Source: an uncultured Alphaproteobacteria bacterium
GTDB lineage: Bacteria > Pseudomonadota > Alphaproteobacteria > Acetobacterales > Acetobacteraceae
Direction of reading: 5' to 3'
Length of the DNA stretch: 64,000 nt
NCBI GenBank assembly: GCA_963850605.1
Contig: CAWKLX010000002.1
Location: forward strand, 396,966 to 460,965
Part shown: in pieces, positions 1 through 10,200 of the stretch
How the letters are laid out: each line of letters opens with the position of its first letter
Position numbering within the stretch: position 1 is the first letter of the stretch
The notes under the pieces: generated by a model
What the model saw: the letters and a program-made list of their open reading frames with translations, nothing else
What the model was told of the DNA's origin: nothing
Databases searched by the model: none
Translations under genes and position numbers: made by a program

Positions 1-299
1 ACAGCCAGGATCTCCGCATACCCGGGCAACCCGCGCAGGTGCAGCCGCGCCACCGCCAAATGCGCCAGCACGCGCAAATCGTGCGTACGTTCGAGAAGGG
101 CGGCCGCCTGTGCAGAGACCAGCTTCCAATCCGGGTCCTCGGCCGCAACGATCGTATCGCCGTATTGCTGCTCGGGCTTGCCGCGCGCTTCACGCTCCAG
201 CGCGCCGAAATCGCCGTCGAACTCCAGGTTCTCGCCGCAGGGCGCATCAGCCGATACGTCCGCCAACAGCCCGGCTAGCTCGGATGACCCCTCAATCAC
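1..299 (-). CDS. ImpA-family N-terminal domain protein (TssA-like, type VI secretion associated); only the 5' end lies in the window
   Basis: Absent from the ORF track because it has no in-window stop. My reverse-complement translation from GTG at 299 gives VIEGSSELAGLLADVSADAPCGENLEFDGDFGALEREARGKPEQQYGDTIVAAEDPDWKLVSAQAAALLERTHDLRVLAHLAVARLHLRGLPGYAEILA. This fits the ImpA_N pattern (PCGE.L.fD..F..LE ... DW..V ... LL..T.DLRVL..L..A). The GTG overlaps the CHAT stop as GTGA (296-299). Confidence 0.6.
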   Translation of the reverse strand, partial: MIEGSSELAGLLADVSADAPCGENLEFDGDFGALEREARGKPEQQYGDTIVAAEDPDWKLVSAQAAALLERTHDLRVLAHLAVARLHLRGLPGYAEILA

Positions 300-3277
300 G
301 AGGGCCGTGCCGTCGCGGACACGGCACGGCCCTCGCCGATCAACGCCAGCGGCGCCCAGTAATACGGATGGGCCAGCTCCGGCAGATCGGTGCGCGCTTT
401 GTCGAGCAGTCGACGCTGAGCATCGGCCAGCGCCGTGGCCATGCCGGCCGCCGGATGTTGCCGTGCATAAGACAGGGTGGCGGCGACCAGGATGGAGGTG
501 ACGCGGTCGTTCACGTCCCAATGCGTCACCAGCAAAGATCGTGCGCCCGCGTGAAAAAAACTTCGCGCCAGGCCCGACAGGCTTTCGCCGGGCGCCGATC
601 CGCCGGGGCCACCGCTGTTGCACGCCGACAGCAGCACCACGTTTGCGTCCAGCTTCAGCCCCGCCACTTCGGACGCCGTCAGAAGCGCGCCTTGCGCATC
701 GGCGGCACTCGGCGGAGCCGACGTCACCAGTGCCGGCTCCGCCTGGCAGGCGAGATCGGTTTGCAGGATCGCGTGCGTGGCGAAATGCAGCACCTGGTAG
801 TCAGACAGTTGCGTGTCCTGCACCGCGCGCGACGTGAACGCCGCGCCCAGCAGCGCGTCATTCGCATCGCCGCCCAGCAGCCGACGCGCCAACGCCAGCT
901 CGGCCGCTGCCCCGGGCAGAAGCTGAAGGTTTGCGAACAACGCAGCGCTATCCTTGCAGGTCGCCGCCGGGAAGGTCGCCGCGGCCTGCGCAGGGGTGAC
1001 GGGCCGGAAATTGCCGAACCCGAACCACGGCTTTTGCGCCCGCGAGGTAGCGGCCACACGGCGCAATTGCACGAAGCTGGCCGCCGCCGGCACGTGCGAG
1101 ATCACCAACCGTCGTACCAGGAACGGGGCGTCCGTCAGGTGTCCGGGATCGGCTGGGCCGGTCAGCAGCAGGCCGAACGGGATCGACAGCAGCGTCCCGG
1201 TCGGCGCCACGGTCAGCGACTCCGCCCGCGCCAGCACAGCTTCCTCGTGGCCGAATAGCGCCGTGTACAGCGCCGACGCTGCGCCCGTGTCGAATGGCTT
1301 GAGCGCGCCGCCCGTTTCGTCCATCGCGGCGCGTATGCGCGCGACCAGCGCGTCCACGCGCTCCGCCCCGCCTTCGATCGGCGAGACGGCGATCTTCCCA
1401 TCGGCGAAGAGGAAGGTGTAGCCCGCGTCGGGCGCCAGAATGACAGTGGCGAACACCTCCCGCGGCCGCAAAGCGCCCAGGATGTCGTCGGCGGAGACGG
1501 ATTTCTGCACCAGCTGGCCGTAATTCGGGTCGCCCGATTGCAGCGCCTGTTCCAGGCTGTCGCGTCGGCGCCGCGCATCGTCGAGCAGGCGGGTCGCGGC
1601 CGGATCGCGCGCCGCGCCGCTCCCCGCATCGGCCGCCTCGTCCCGCTGCGCTTCCAGTTCGGCCACCAGCGCGTTGGCATCCTCGCCATCGCGGATCAGC
1701 TTGCCCAGGCGCGGGTCGCGCGCATTATCGGCCAGCCGCGCCGTCACCAGCGCGATCTGCTGGCTTGTGGTGCTACCCTGCGCGCGGCCGGCCAGCGCAT
1801 ACATGTCGCGCGCCACCGCCTGGTCGCCCGCCTCGGCGCGGACGGCCAGCAATGCCAGGCAGGGTTGCAGGCTGGTACTGTCGGCACCCGTGTCGGCCTG
1901 TTCCAGCGCCAGCCGGGCCTCGTGGCAGGTTTGCAGCGCCCGCTCGGTCTGCCCGTCCCCCGCCAGGCGGGCGGCCAGCAGCAGCTGCGTGCGGGCAAAG
2001 GCCGGTGTCCCCGGCAGGGCACGTGCGAACCGGAGCACGGCTTGCTGCATCTTGGCCGTCGATTGGCTCTGCTGGCCGGATGCGAGCAGAACCGTCGCCT
2101 CGGTGCGCGTGAGGCGGGCGCTGGCTTTGCGGTTAGACAGGCCATAGGCGGTCAGCACGCTTTCGGCGCTCGCCGCCTCCGTGCTGCTCTGGGCGTTCAG
2201 CCCAAGCATGCGGTCAGCTACCGCCTGCGCGCGCCGCGTCTCAACCACCCCGTAGGCGGCGGCACGCGTGGACAGGTCGGTCGGCACTAGTGCGCTGCCT
2301 GGCTCCGCGGTCGTGGCACTGTCCGGGGCAAAGGGCAGGTAGGCCCGCTCGGCGCGGCGCAGCAGCACCAGCGCGGCCGCCGGCCGGTCCTGGTTCAGCA
2401 GGTTCAATCCCTGATAATGCGTGACCTGAGCCAGCGTCAGGTCCTCGCCGCCGCTGCGCACGGCCAAGGTCTCGGCCTGCCCCAGCAACGCGTCGGCTTC
2501 CGGATAATGCGCCTGGTTGGAGGCCTGCAGTCCTTGCAGGGCGAGCGCGTGGGCCAGGGCGGGACTGTCGGCGTCGACCGTGCGCCGTTGCAGGTCCGCC
2601 ATCTTACGGTAGGTGTCCGCAGCAGCCGCGTACTCGCCGGCCAAATTGGCCTTCACCGCCGCGCGTTGCAGCCCTTGGTAACGCGCGATGTCGTTCGCCG
2701 ACACTACCAGGCCGGCCAAGCGCTGGGCAGCCAGGCCCGGGCTTTCGGCGACGGTGCCCAGGCTGGCGGGGCCGATGCGGCCCGAATCGAGCGCCAGCGC
2801 GCGTTCCATCACCAGGCCGGCCGCCGGCACACCGTCGGCGTACCAGGCGTGCCCATCCAGCAGCGCCACAAACGCGGTCTGCCCAAAACCTTCCTGGCGC
2901 CGAGTGCAAGCCATCAGCATGGCCGTCGCGCCCAGCACCGTGCTGGCCTTCGGCGCCGCACAGGCCAACGTGGCGTCCAGCTGCTCGCGCCACGGACCGG
3001 ATGTGGCCAGCGTTGGCAGCAGCGCCTCGGTGGCCGGCTCGCCCCGGCGCAGCGTGGCGCTGGGCTGCTTCCAGGTGCCGCAGAAAATAGCATACCGCCG
3101 CCCGGCCTCTACTTCGGACTGGCTACACGGCTCGCCGGCGGCGTTCTGCCCCAGCGCGGCCGTGGCGGCGGCGGGTGCCGCACCCCCGTCATAGGCGGTG
3201 GCAGGCGGGCGCGCGCAGGCGGCCAGAACGGCCAGGCCGGCCGCGCCGATTGCCGCCAGGACACGGGAACGGGCCAT
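296..3277 (-). CDS. TPR-repeat / CHAT-domain (caspase-like peptidase) lipoprotein
   Basis: 993-aa ORF. The N-terminus MARSRVLAAIGAAGLAVLAAC has a signal peptide and a lipobox Cys. The long Ala/Leu-rich middle is helical-repeat (TPR-like). The C-terminal CHAT dyad context is HFATHA ... VVLLSACNSGG ... SFFHAGARSLLVTHWDV. Confidence 0.85.
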   Translation of the reverse strand: MARSRVLAAIGAAGLAVLAACARPPATAYDGGAAPAAATAALGQNAAGEPCSQSEVEAGRRYAIFCGTWKQPSATLRRGEPATEALLPTLATSGPWREQLDATLACAAPKASTVLGATAMLMACTRRQEGFGQTAFVALLDGHAWYADGVPAAGLVMERALALDSGRIGPASLGTVAESPGLAAQRLAGLVVSANDIARYQGLQRAAVKANLAGEYAAAADTYRKMADLQRRTVDADSPALAHALALQGLQASNQAHYPEADALLGQAETLAVRSGGEDLTLAQVTHYQGLNLLNQDRPAAALVLLRRAERAYLPFAPDSATTAEPGSALVPTDLSTRAAAYGVVETRRAQAVADRMLGLNAQSSTEAASAESVLTAYGLSNRKASARLTRTEATVLLASGQQSQSTAKMQQAVLRFARALPGTPAFARTQLLLAARLAGDGQTERALQTCHEARLALEQADTGADSTSLQPCLALLAVRAEAGDQAVARDMYALAGRAQGSTTSQQIALVTARLADNARDPRLGKLIRDGEDANALVAELEAQRDEAADAGSGAARDPAATRLLDDARRRRDSLEQALQSGDPNYGQLVQKSVSADDILGALRPREVFATVILAPDAGYTFLFADGKIAVSPIEGGAERVDALVARIRAAMDETGGALKPFDTGAASALYTALFGHEEAVLARAESLTVAPTGTLLSIPFGLLLTGPADPGHLTDAPFLVRRLVISHVPAAASFVQLRRVAATSRAQKPWFGFGNFRPVTPAQAAATFPAATCKDSAALFANLQLLPGAAAELALARRLLGGDANDALLGAAFTSRAVQDTQLSDYQVLHFATHAILQTDLACQAEPALVTSAPPSAADAQGALLTASEVAGLKLDANVVLLSACNSGGPGGSAPGESLSGLARSFFHAGARSLLVTHWDVNDRVTSILVAATLSYARQHPAAGMATALADAQRRLLDKARTDLPELAHPYYWAPLALIGEGRAVSATARPS

Positions 3278-4854
3278 CAGTAATCCTGCTCGGCGACGTT
3301 GGGCAGGATCAGGTCGTCATCCTCGTCCTGGTCGTGCGCCACGGCCACCACCAGGTTCTGCACCGGGCTGCCCAGCGGCACTACGACCGGGGAGAGCAGC
3401 ACGCAGTTTAGCGACTGCACCGGGCAGCCATTATCGCGATAATTCGTATTGGCCATTTGATGCGCGAAGCCGGTCGCCGCGGCGGCCGAACCGCCGCGCC
3501 CATCGACCAATCCCGTCAGGCTGGCGTTGCCGGTCGGGGGCTGCCCGAAATAGAGGTTCAGCCCGGCCACGTCTATATTGCCGATCGCCCTGCCGCCCGC
3601 CTGCAGATCGAGCAGCAGCTGCGTGCCCGGTGCGAACAATCCGGCCGCCGTGCTGGGATCGAACGCGATCAGCCCGCCCTGCCCGACTAGGGTAAACTCC
3701 ACCGTCTCGGCGCTGGCGCCGGGCAGTGCGCCAATCTTCGTTTGTCCGGTCTGCGAAAAGCTCGCGGCGGTCGCGAACAGGCCGAGCGTGCCCGCCGTGG
3801 GGGAGATCGGGCTCTTAATATCGGGTTCGCCCGGCCCTACAGGTATGGCCGAGCCGGTCATTACGAAGCCACCACTCCACTCAATGCGCTGCGGTGTGGC
3901 AGTCGCATTGGCGAGCCGGGAAAGCTGCATGTCATCGACAAGCGCCGGTCCTCCCAGGACGATTCGAGGTGCGGACAAAGTTCCGGCGAAGCTTAGCGTG
4001 CCGGGACTGCCAATGACGATGGGGCCTGCCGTGCTGGCGATCACGCCAGTGGCAGCTTCGGTGAGATTGTCGGCCAACCCGATCCCCACGCCGGATGCGC
4101 CCAACACACTGCCTGCCAAACTGGCGCCGCCGCCGCCGGTGATCGTCACTGAACCAGCTTTGCTCATGACGGTGCCGGTGGCGGCCTCGGTCAGGTTGCC
4201 GGCAAACTCGATGCCCACGCCAGATGCGCCCGACACACTGCCTGCCAAGCTCGCCGCGTCCCGGCCGATGATCGTCACTGAACCAGCGTTGCTCATGACG
4301 GTGCCGGTAGCGGCTTCGGTCAGGCTGCCCGCAAACCCGATGCTCACGCCGAATCCGCCGGACACACTGCCCGCCAAGCTCGCCGCGCCGCCGCCGGTGA
4401 TCGTCACTGAGCCGGGGTTGCTTACGATGGTGCCGGTGGCGGCTTCTGTCAGATTGCCGGCCAATGACAATTGCACCGCGCCCGGTCCTGAAATACTCGC
4501 ATTCTGCAGCAGCAAGGCGGTGCTGTCGGCCAGTATGACTGAGCCGCTGGATGACACCATGCCGGCCTGCGTCAGACCGCCCGCAATACTAACCGGCCCG
4601 ACAGACGCGATCTGGTTCGCCGCACCGCTCAACACGATGTCACCCGCGGCCTGCGCGGCCAGGGTGCCCGCCTGGACAGTGCCGTTACCCTCGATCAGTC
4701 CCGCACCCGCCTGCAGCGCCACCTGGCCCGTGGGTGCGGTGATCGACCCGGCGAAATCCAAATTGCCGTTGTTGCTGGTGATGGAGATGTCGCCGGCACC
4801 ACTGTAAATCGTGCTTGCAAAATCTTGCATCAGATTTCCCGCCAGGCTGAGCAA
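3277..4854 (-). CDS. C-terminal segment (3 of 3) of giant TPS-domain exoprotein
   Basis: The sequence continues the G/S/T/A beta-helix-like repeats (AGNLTEAATGT..AGSVTITGGG) and ends in an acidic tail DQDEDDDLILPNVAEQDY. The listed start is a TTG just after an in-frame TGA, and the repeat pattern continues from the upstream ORF in another frame. Its stop overlaps the CHAT ATG (TGATG). Confidence 0.75.
   Translation of the reverse strand: MLSLAGNLMQDFASTIYSGAGDISITSNNGNLDFAGSITAPTGQVALQAGAGLIEGNGTVQAGTLAAQAAGDIVLSGAANQIASVGPVSIAGGLTQAGMVSSSGSVILADSTALLLQNASISGPGAVQLSLAGNLTEAATGTIVSNPGSVTITGGGAASLAGSVSGGFGVSIGFAGSLTEAATGTVMSNAGSVTIIGRDAASLAGSVSGASGVGIEFAGNLTEAATGTVMSKAGSVTITGGGGASLAGSVLGASGVGIGLADNLTEAATGVIASTAGPIVIGSPGTLSFAGTLSAPRIVLGGPALVDDMQLSRLANATATPQRIEWSGGFVMTGSAIPVGPGEPDIKSPISPTAGTLGLFATAASFSQTGQTKIGALPGASAETVEFTLVGQGGLIAFDPSTAAGLFAPGTQLLLDLQAGGRAIGNIDVAGLNLYFGQPPTGNASLTGLVDGRGGSAAAATGFAHQMANTNYRDNGCPVQSLNCVLLSPVVVPLGSPVQNLVVAVAHDQDEDDDLILPNVAEQDY
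4039..4465 (-). repeat. 129-bp (43-codon) in-frame tandem repeat, about 3.3 units, inside the exoprotein
   Basis: The motif gatcgtcactgaaccagc.ttgctcatgacggtgccggt.gcgg recurs at 4141, 4270 and 4399, with a degenerate unit from about 4039. The protein-level unit is about AGSVTI.G..AASLAGSVSGASGVGI.FAGNLTEAATGTVMS. Confidence 0.8.
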
Positions 4855-7204
4855 GAACTCCGCCCGCGCCGGTCAGCGATCCGCTCGACTGCGTGATCAG
4901 ACCGCCATTGATCGACAGCTCTCTACCGGACGAGATCGTGGAGGATACCTGGTCGAGGCTGCCACCCAGCAAAACATCGCTTTGTGCGCTGATCGACGCA
5001 CCGCGATCCTGGGTCAGCAAATTGGTTCTCACCTGAACTGCCCCGAATTCGCTGCCAATCGTGGAATCAGCTAATTGCGTCAGGTTAGGCGCCGTGATCG
5101 TCACCCCGCTCTGTCCTGTGATGCTGCCGTTCGCCAATTCCTGCAAAGCCTCGCTATCGATCAGCAGCAGCGTGCCCGTGGCGGAGGCCTGGGTGACGGT
5201 GCCGACCTGATTTACCCCCGCGCCGTCCAGAACGAGGTTGTGCGCGGCGCCGCCGGCGCTGCCAGCCTGGGCGGACAGGGTGCCGGCCAGAAGCGTGCCC
5301 GATGGGCTGCCGGCGACTGGCGCCGTCTGGGTGATATCGCCGCCGAGCGCCACCAGGCTGACCTCGTGCTGCGGCGCGACCGAAATCAAACCACCCAGCG
5401 CCATCTGGCCGCCGGTCGTGGTGAGCAGGATGTCGCCGGAGGGGCTCGCGAGCGTGCTGCCCGTATCCTGCGCCACATCGCCCGACATGGTGACGGTGAG
5501 ATCGCCTGATACGGCAGTGATGCTGCTGGCGATCTGGCTGAGCGTGCCGGCCAGGCCATTCTGGCCGATCGTGACACTGGCGCCGGACAGGAAAGACCCG
5601 GTTTGGCCAAGGCTGCCATAGATGACTACCTGGTCGATGGCGGATAGGCGCGAAACATCCTGGGTCGCCGCGCCGTATACGGTCACGCTCGTGCCAGCCG
5701 AGATCATGCTGGCAGCATGCTGGTCCAGCACCAGGGCCCCGGTTGCAGCCTGTGCAGGGCCGATTATCACTGCACCGCCCGACGTCAGGCTGCTCGACGT
5801 CTGGCTGAGTGAGCCGATCGTAGCATCACCCTGGGCAGTGATGGCGCTGAAGGTCTGCGTGGCGCTGCCTGTCACGGTCACATCGCCCTGCGTCGCGGTC
5901 ACCTGGTCCTGCCCGGTCTGCAGCAGGTTGCCCGCCACCATCACGCCAGTGCCGCCGGTCAGCGCGGCCCCGCCAAGCTGGGTCAGGGTTGCCGCCTGCA
6001 CGGTCACCGACCCGCCTGCCGTGATCAAGCTGGATGCGTCCTGCGTCAGCGTGGCCGGCTCGGTCAGGGTGATGGTGGCGTTTCCGCCCGCCAACAAGGC
6101 GGCGCCCGCGGCGAGCGCCAACGGCGCCTGGTCGGCCAGCAATACGGAGCCGGAAGCGCCGCTATAGGTGCCCCCGGCCGTGTCCACGAGCGTTCCAAAC
6201 CTGTTGTGACCGCCGCCGAGCAGGAGATTGTAAGCGGCCCCGGACGGCACCCCGGCCTGCACGGCGAGGCTGGCGGCATCGATCACGCCGGTGAAATCAG
6301 TCATTCCCGGTGCTGTCTGGGCGATGTCGCCGCCCAGTGAAATCAGCTGCACCAGGCCGGCAGTGGCACTGATGCTGCCACCCGCAGCCAGGCTGACGGG
6401 GCCGTCACCGGCCAGTGTGCCGATACTGCTGGCCACTATATTGCCGGCATCGGCGATAATACGCGACGCCGAGTCCTGCGCCAACCCGTTCGCAAGGGTG
6501 AGGGTGACATTGCCCGCGGTGCTTTCGATGCTCGCGCCCGTCTGCACCAACGTTGCCGCGCCGATCGCCAGGGAATTCGTGCTGGTGATGGCAGCCAAAC
6601 TGTCCTGCGTCAGTGTCTGTCCTGACAGTGTCAGCATCACCTCGGCCGCCGCGATGTGGCCCGAGGCCGCTTCCACTGCGCTGATCGCGTCAGTCAGCCA
6701 GAGCTGGCCGGTGGCCGTGGCGCGCGAGATGGTGCCGATCCGGTTGGCCGCACTGCCGTTAGCGATCGTCCCATTCAGCAGCAGGTCGAACGCCGGCCCG
6801 CCAGCCGTGCCGGACTGGGCGATCAAGGTGCCGGCCAGCAGCGTGCCGGTTGGCGAACTGCCGGATACGCTTTGCGCGATGCTTCCATCCGCCGCGAGCA
6901 GGCTCGCCACGCCGCCTTGTGCGGCTACTAGTCCGCCCAGCAGCAGCGACCCGCCCGAGCTGGCCAGGCTGATATCGCCGAACTGCACCGTAAGTCTGCT
7001 GTCGGCGCTTTGCGTCAGGTCGCCGGACAGGGTGGCCGAGAGCAGGCCGGTCGCCGCGATTGAGGAAGCGCTCGACTGCGACAGGGAACCGATGCCGCTG
7101 GTGGCGAGCATGACAGTATCGCCGGCGATGCTGGATCCGGTATCCTGGGCCACGCTGTTGGATACGGACACGAACGCCCCGGAGATGCTGGCGTCGTGCT
7201 GCAC
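4685..7204 (-). CDS. Middle segment (2 of 3) of giant TPS-domain exoprotein
   Basis: This 839-aa ORF carries the same ..G.LTQ.. / ..SGSV.. repeat texture. The last 55 or so residues (AQPGGKSDARFCKHDLQWCRRHLHHQQQ...) are Arg/His-rich nonsense, so the true frame leaves near 4855. The listed start is a GTG inside an upstream-open frame. Confidence 0.75.
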   Translation of the reverse strand: MQHDASISGAFVSVSNSVAQDTGSSIAGDTVMLATSGIGSLSQSSASSIAATGLLSATLSGDLTQSADSRLTVQFGDISLASSGGSLLLGGLVAAQGGVASLLAADGSIAQSVSGSSPTGTLLAGTLIAQSGTAGGPAFDLLLNGTIANGSAANRIGTISRATATGQLWLTDAISAVEAASGHIAAAEVMLTLSGQTLTQDSLAAITSTNSLAIGAATLVQTGASIESTAGNVTLTLANGLAQDSASRIIADAGNIVASSIGTLAGDGPVSLAAGGSISATAGLVQLISLGGDIAQTAPGMTDFTGVIDAASLAVQAGVPSGAAYNLLLGGGHNRFGTLVDTAGGTYSGASGSVLLADQAPLALAAGAALLAGGNATITLTEPATLTQDASSLITAGGSVTVQAATLTQLGGAALTGGTGVMVAGNLLQTGQDQVTATQGDVTVTGSATQTFSAITAQGDATIGSLSQTSSSLTSGGAVIIGPAQAATGALVLDQHAASMISAGTSVTVYGAATQDVSRLSAIDQVVIYGSLGQTGSFLSGASVTIGQNGLAGTLSQIASSITAVSGDLTVTMSGDVAQDTGSTLASPSGDILLTTTGGQMALGGLISVAPQHEVSLVALGGDITQTAPVAGSPSGTLLAGTLSAQAGSAGGAAHNLVLDGAGVNQVGTVTQASATGTLLLIDSEALQELANGSITGQSGVTITAPNLTQLADSTIGSEFGAVQVRTNLLTQDRGASISAQSDVLLGGSLDQVSSTISSGRELSINGGLITQSSGSLTGAGGVLAQPGGKSDARFCKHDLQWCRRHLHHQQQRQFGFRRVDHRTHGPGGAAGGCGTDRG

Positions 7205-10200
7205 CAGCAGGCGCGCTATCCAGCTCGACCATCCCGGAGGCGCTGTCGATCGCGCTGAGACTGTCTTGCGTCAGAGTGCCGCCCAGGGCCGAGAGAGTCA
7301 CCCCGTTGTTGCCGGCCACCCGCGCACCGTGCAGCAGTGTCAGCGTGCCGGCATCGGTCAACACCAGTGTGCCGCCTTGTGCGGTCAGTGTCGGGCCGAT
7401 CGCCTGGATCAGATTTTGCGAACTGGCGGCAAGGAAATCGCCGGCGGCAGCACCGTAGAGCGTCGCGACAGTGACGCCGTTCGACGGCGCGCCGACGTTG
7501 ACCTCGACCCCGCCATTGCTGAACAGCCCAAGCGTGCCGGCATTGGCCGCAGTTGAAAGATCGATTGCGCCCAGAACCGACAGCGTGCTGACGGCGCCCG
7601 TCGAGGCAGCATCCCAGGTCAGGTTTGCGCCCATGCCGTTGGCCAGGCTGCCGTTGGTCGAGCCGAGGGCGATCGTACCGACCGGACCGGTAAAAACGTG
7701 CTCCAGGCTCGTGGGGTCGATCGTGCCTCCGGCGACCACAGAGAACGTGCCCGGATGCAGCAGCCCGATGGCGACCAGACCAGCGGGCGCGCTGAGGGTC
7801 CCGACCAGTGAGATGCGGTCTGCGCCGATCGAGATGGCGCCAGCCCCGGCGGGCGGCTGTGCGTCGATCGCGGCGCCTGCCGACACCGTTAGGCTAGGGG
7901 CGCGCAATGCTACGCTGCTTGCCGAAAGCGTGCCGTTGAGCGTGACGGCCACCCCGTCCGCCAGTGCAAAGGTTGGTCCCGCGCTGATGCGGCCCAGGTC
8001 GACGATCGCATTGCCCACGCCAGGACCGCTGACCGTATCCAGCCTGATGCCGCCGGCCGCCTGCGCCACCAGCGTGCCCGCCTGCAACGAGCCGGTGGCG
8101 CTGCCGGCCCCGCTCGCCGTCTCGGTGATGAGCTGGGTCGCTGGCCCACCGAGCATCACGGTGCCCTGGCTGTCGGACACGAGGCCCGCGAGCAACAATG
8201 TATTGCCAGTCAGGGACAGTGTTCCGCCTGAAACAATGCTGGAGCCGGCGTCCTGCGTGAGGTTTCCGGTCAGCGCGATGGTGGTGCCACCGGCCCCAAC
8301 ATCGATGGCGCTGCTTGCACCTTGGCCGTCGTTGCTTTGCGAGAACGTGCCCGACTGTACGGATAGCATTGCGGCCGAGAGTGTGGATCCGTTCTGCAGG
8401 AAGCTGGCGCCGCGAATGACGGCGCTACCCCCGGCGCTGATCGTGCTTGCGTTTTGCGCGACCGACCCGTCGATCGTCAGCGCGCCCACTGCTCCGAGCG
8501 AACCCCCCGCGCTCTGCTGCACACCGCCAGCGATCGTGACCGTTCCGCCGGAGAGCGAACCGCCGATTTGACTGAGCGAACCATCGACACTGGCCTGGCC
8601 GGAAGCTGTGAGGCTGTCGCCGGTTTGCTGTGCGAGGTTGCCGGTCAGGGCGAAAGAGGATGCCGTAATCGAGCCGCCCCCCGACATGCTCAACAACGAC
8701 GTGCTGAGCGCGAGCGTGCCACCGACCGTAACGGTGGCCTTGGCCATGAGCGCGATCGGGTCGTTGTCGGCGAGCGTGAGGTTGCCGGAGACGCTGGCGT
8801 CGGACAGAACCTCGATGTGGTTAACTGCGACGTTATCCAGATGCACGTCGAACGCCGCGCCCCCGATCGTGCCCGCCTGGAGCGCCAGTGTGCCGGCCAA
8901 CAGCGTGCCGGTCAGGCCCATGGTGCCGCTCTGCGAAATACCACCGCCTTGAGCCAGCAGATCCACCGTGCCGGTCTGGTCCGAAACCAGCCCAGCCAAG
9001 GTCAGTCCGCCGTTGGCGATCAGCGACAGCGTCCCCCCCTGCGCCGTGATGTGCGACAAGACCCCCTGGTCCAGACTGCCCGACAGCTGGATCGTGCCGC
9101 CCCCCTCACCGAGGATAATCGCGCTGCCGCCGTCTTGGGTGAGCGAAACGGCCTGGCCCATGGCGCCTAGGCTCAGCGTGCCGGCCGTCAGCGTGCTGGA
9201 CGCAGTCTGCGCCAAGCTGCCGCCGATCGTGGCCAGGGAGCCGGCCGAAAGAATGCCGCCGGCCTGGATCACGTCGCCGCCGATCGTCAGCGTTCCCGCC
9301 GAGAATGTTCCGCCGGTCTGTGTCAGCGTGCCGGTAATCTGCGCCAGCGTGTTCGCGTGGATCGTGGCCTGTGCCCCCTCCGTCACGTTACCCACGGCGG
9401 TGAAGCTGCCGAGTGCCGACACGGAGGCATCACTCAAGAGGCTGAGCGATCCAGTGTCGAACGTTACGTTCACGCCTGAGACAGCCGAGGAAATGGTCAG
9501 TGCATGACTGGGACCGGTGACCGAGATCGCCACGTCGCCACCGGCCATGAGTGGCGCGGTGACCGAGAGGCCAGAAGCGTCGTCGAGCGTGAAGTTGCCG
9601 GCGGCAGTTACGCTGCCAAGCGTGGTGATCGAATTGGACGCAGTGTCGAGCACCACGTTACGGGCGCTCACGATCAACGCTTGTGCGTCGATGGTGCCGG
9701 ACGTGGCCGGCATCGGCGCCGGGTTATGCTCGTTGATATCGCCGCCGGCGGTCAGCGTGACGCTGGTGGCCGGTGTGCCGGCGAGGCCGGACAGCAATCC
9801 GTAGATGTCGATATTGCCGGCGGCATGCACCAGGAAGTCGGGTGCGAACAGGCTTGTGCCCGAATCGAAGATGATGTCGCCGCTCGCCGCCCCAGGTGCG
9901 CTGAGCACGGTCGTTAGCGAGATATTGGCCGCGCTGGTCAGCTTGCTTTGCGCAGCGTTCTTGCCGGCGACGAAAGTGATCGCGCCGTCGGTGTCCACGA
10001 TGGTGCTGAGGTCGTTGAGGAAGGACGCGAAATCGAGGCAGTTGGCGCCCATGGCGCAGGTCGCGAACTGCACCGTGAGGGAACCCTTGTCGGTGAACGC
10101 GGCGTGACCCGTCGGCTGGCCCGGCAGGTTTGCCGAGAGCAGCCCGTCCACGCTCAGCGTGCCGCCCGACACTGCGAGCGTTCCACCCGCGTCCCGCGTA

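Noticed and set aside
110-3283. Long plus-strand ORFs (110-1258, 1538-2290, 2417-3283 and others) opposite the CHAT gene
   Set aside because: They are Arg/Pro/Gly-rich shadow frames, typical of the antisense strand of GC-rich genes. They have no motifs, and the minus-strand CHAT/TPR ORF explains the region.
4039-4465. Possible CRISPR-like periodic repeats
   Set aside because: The period is 129 bp with no unique spacers, and the array lies in-frame inside a coding region. It is a protein tandem repeat, not a CRISPR array.
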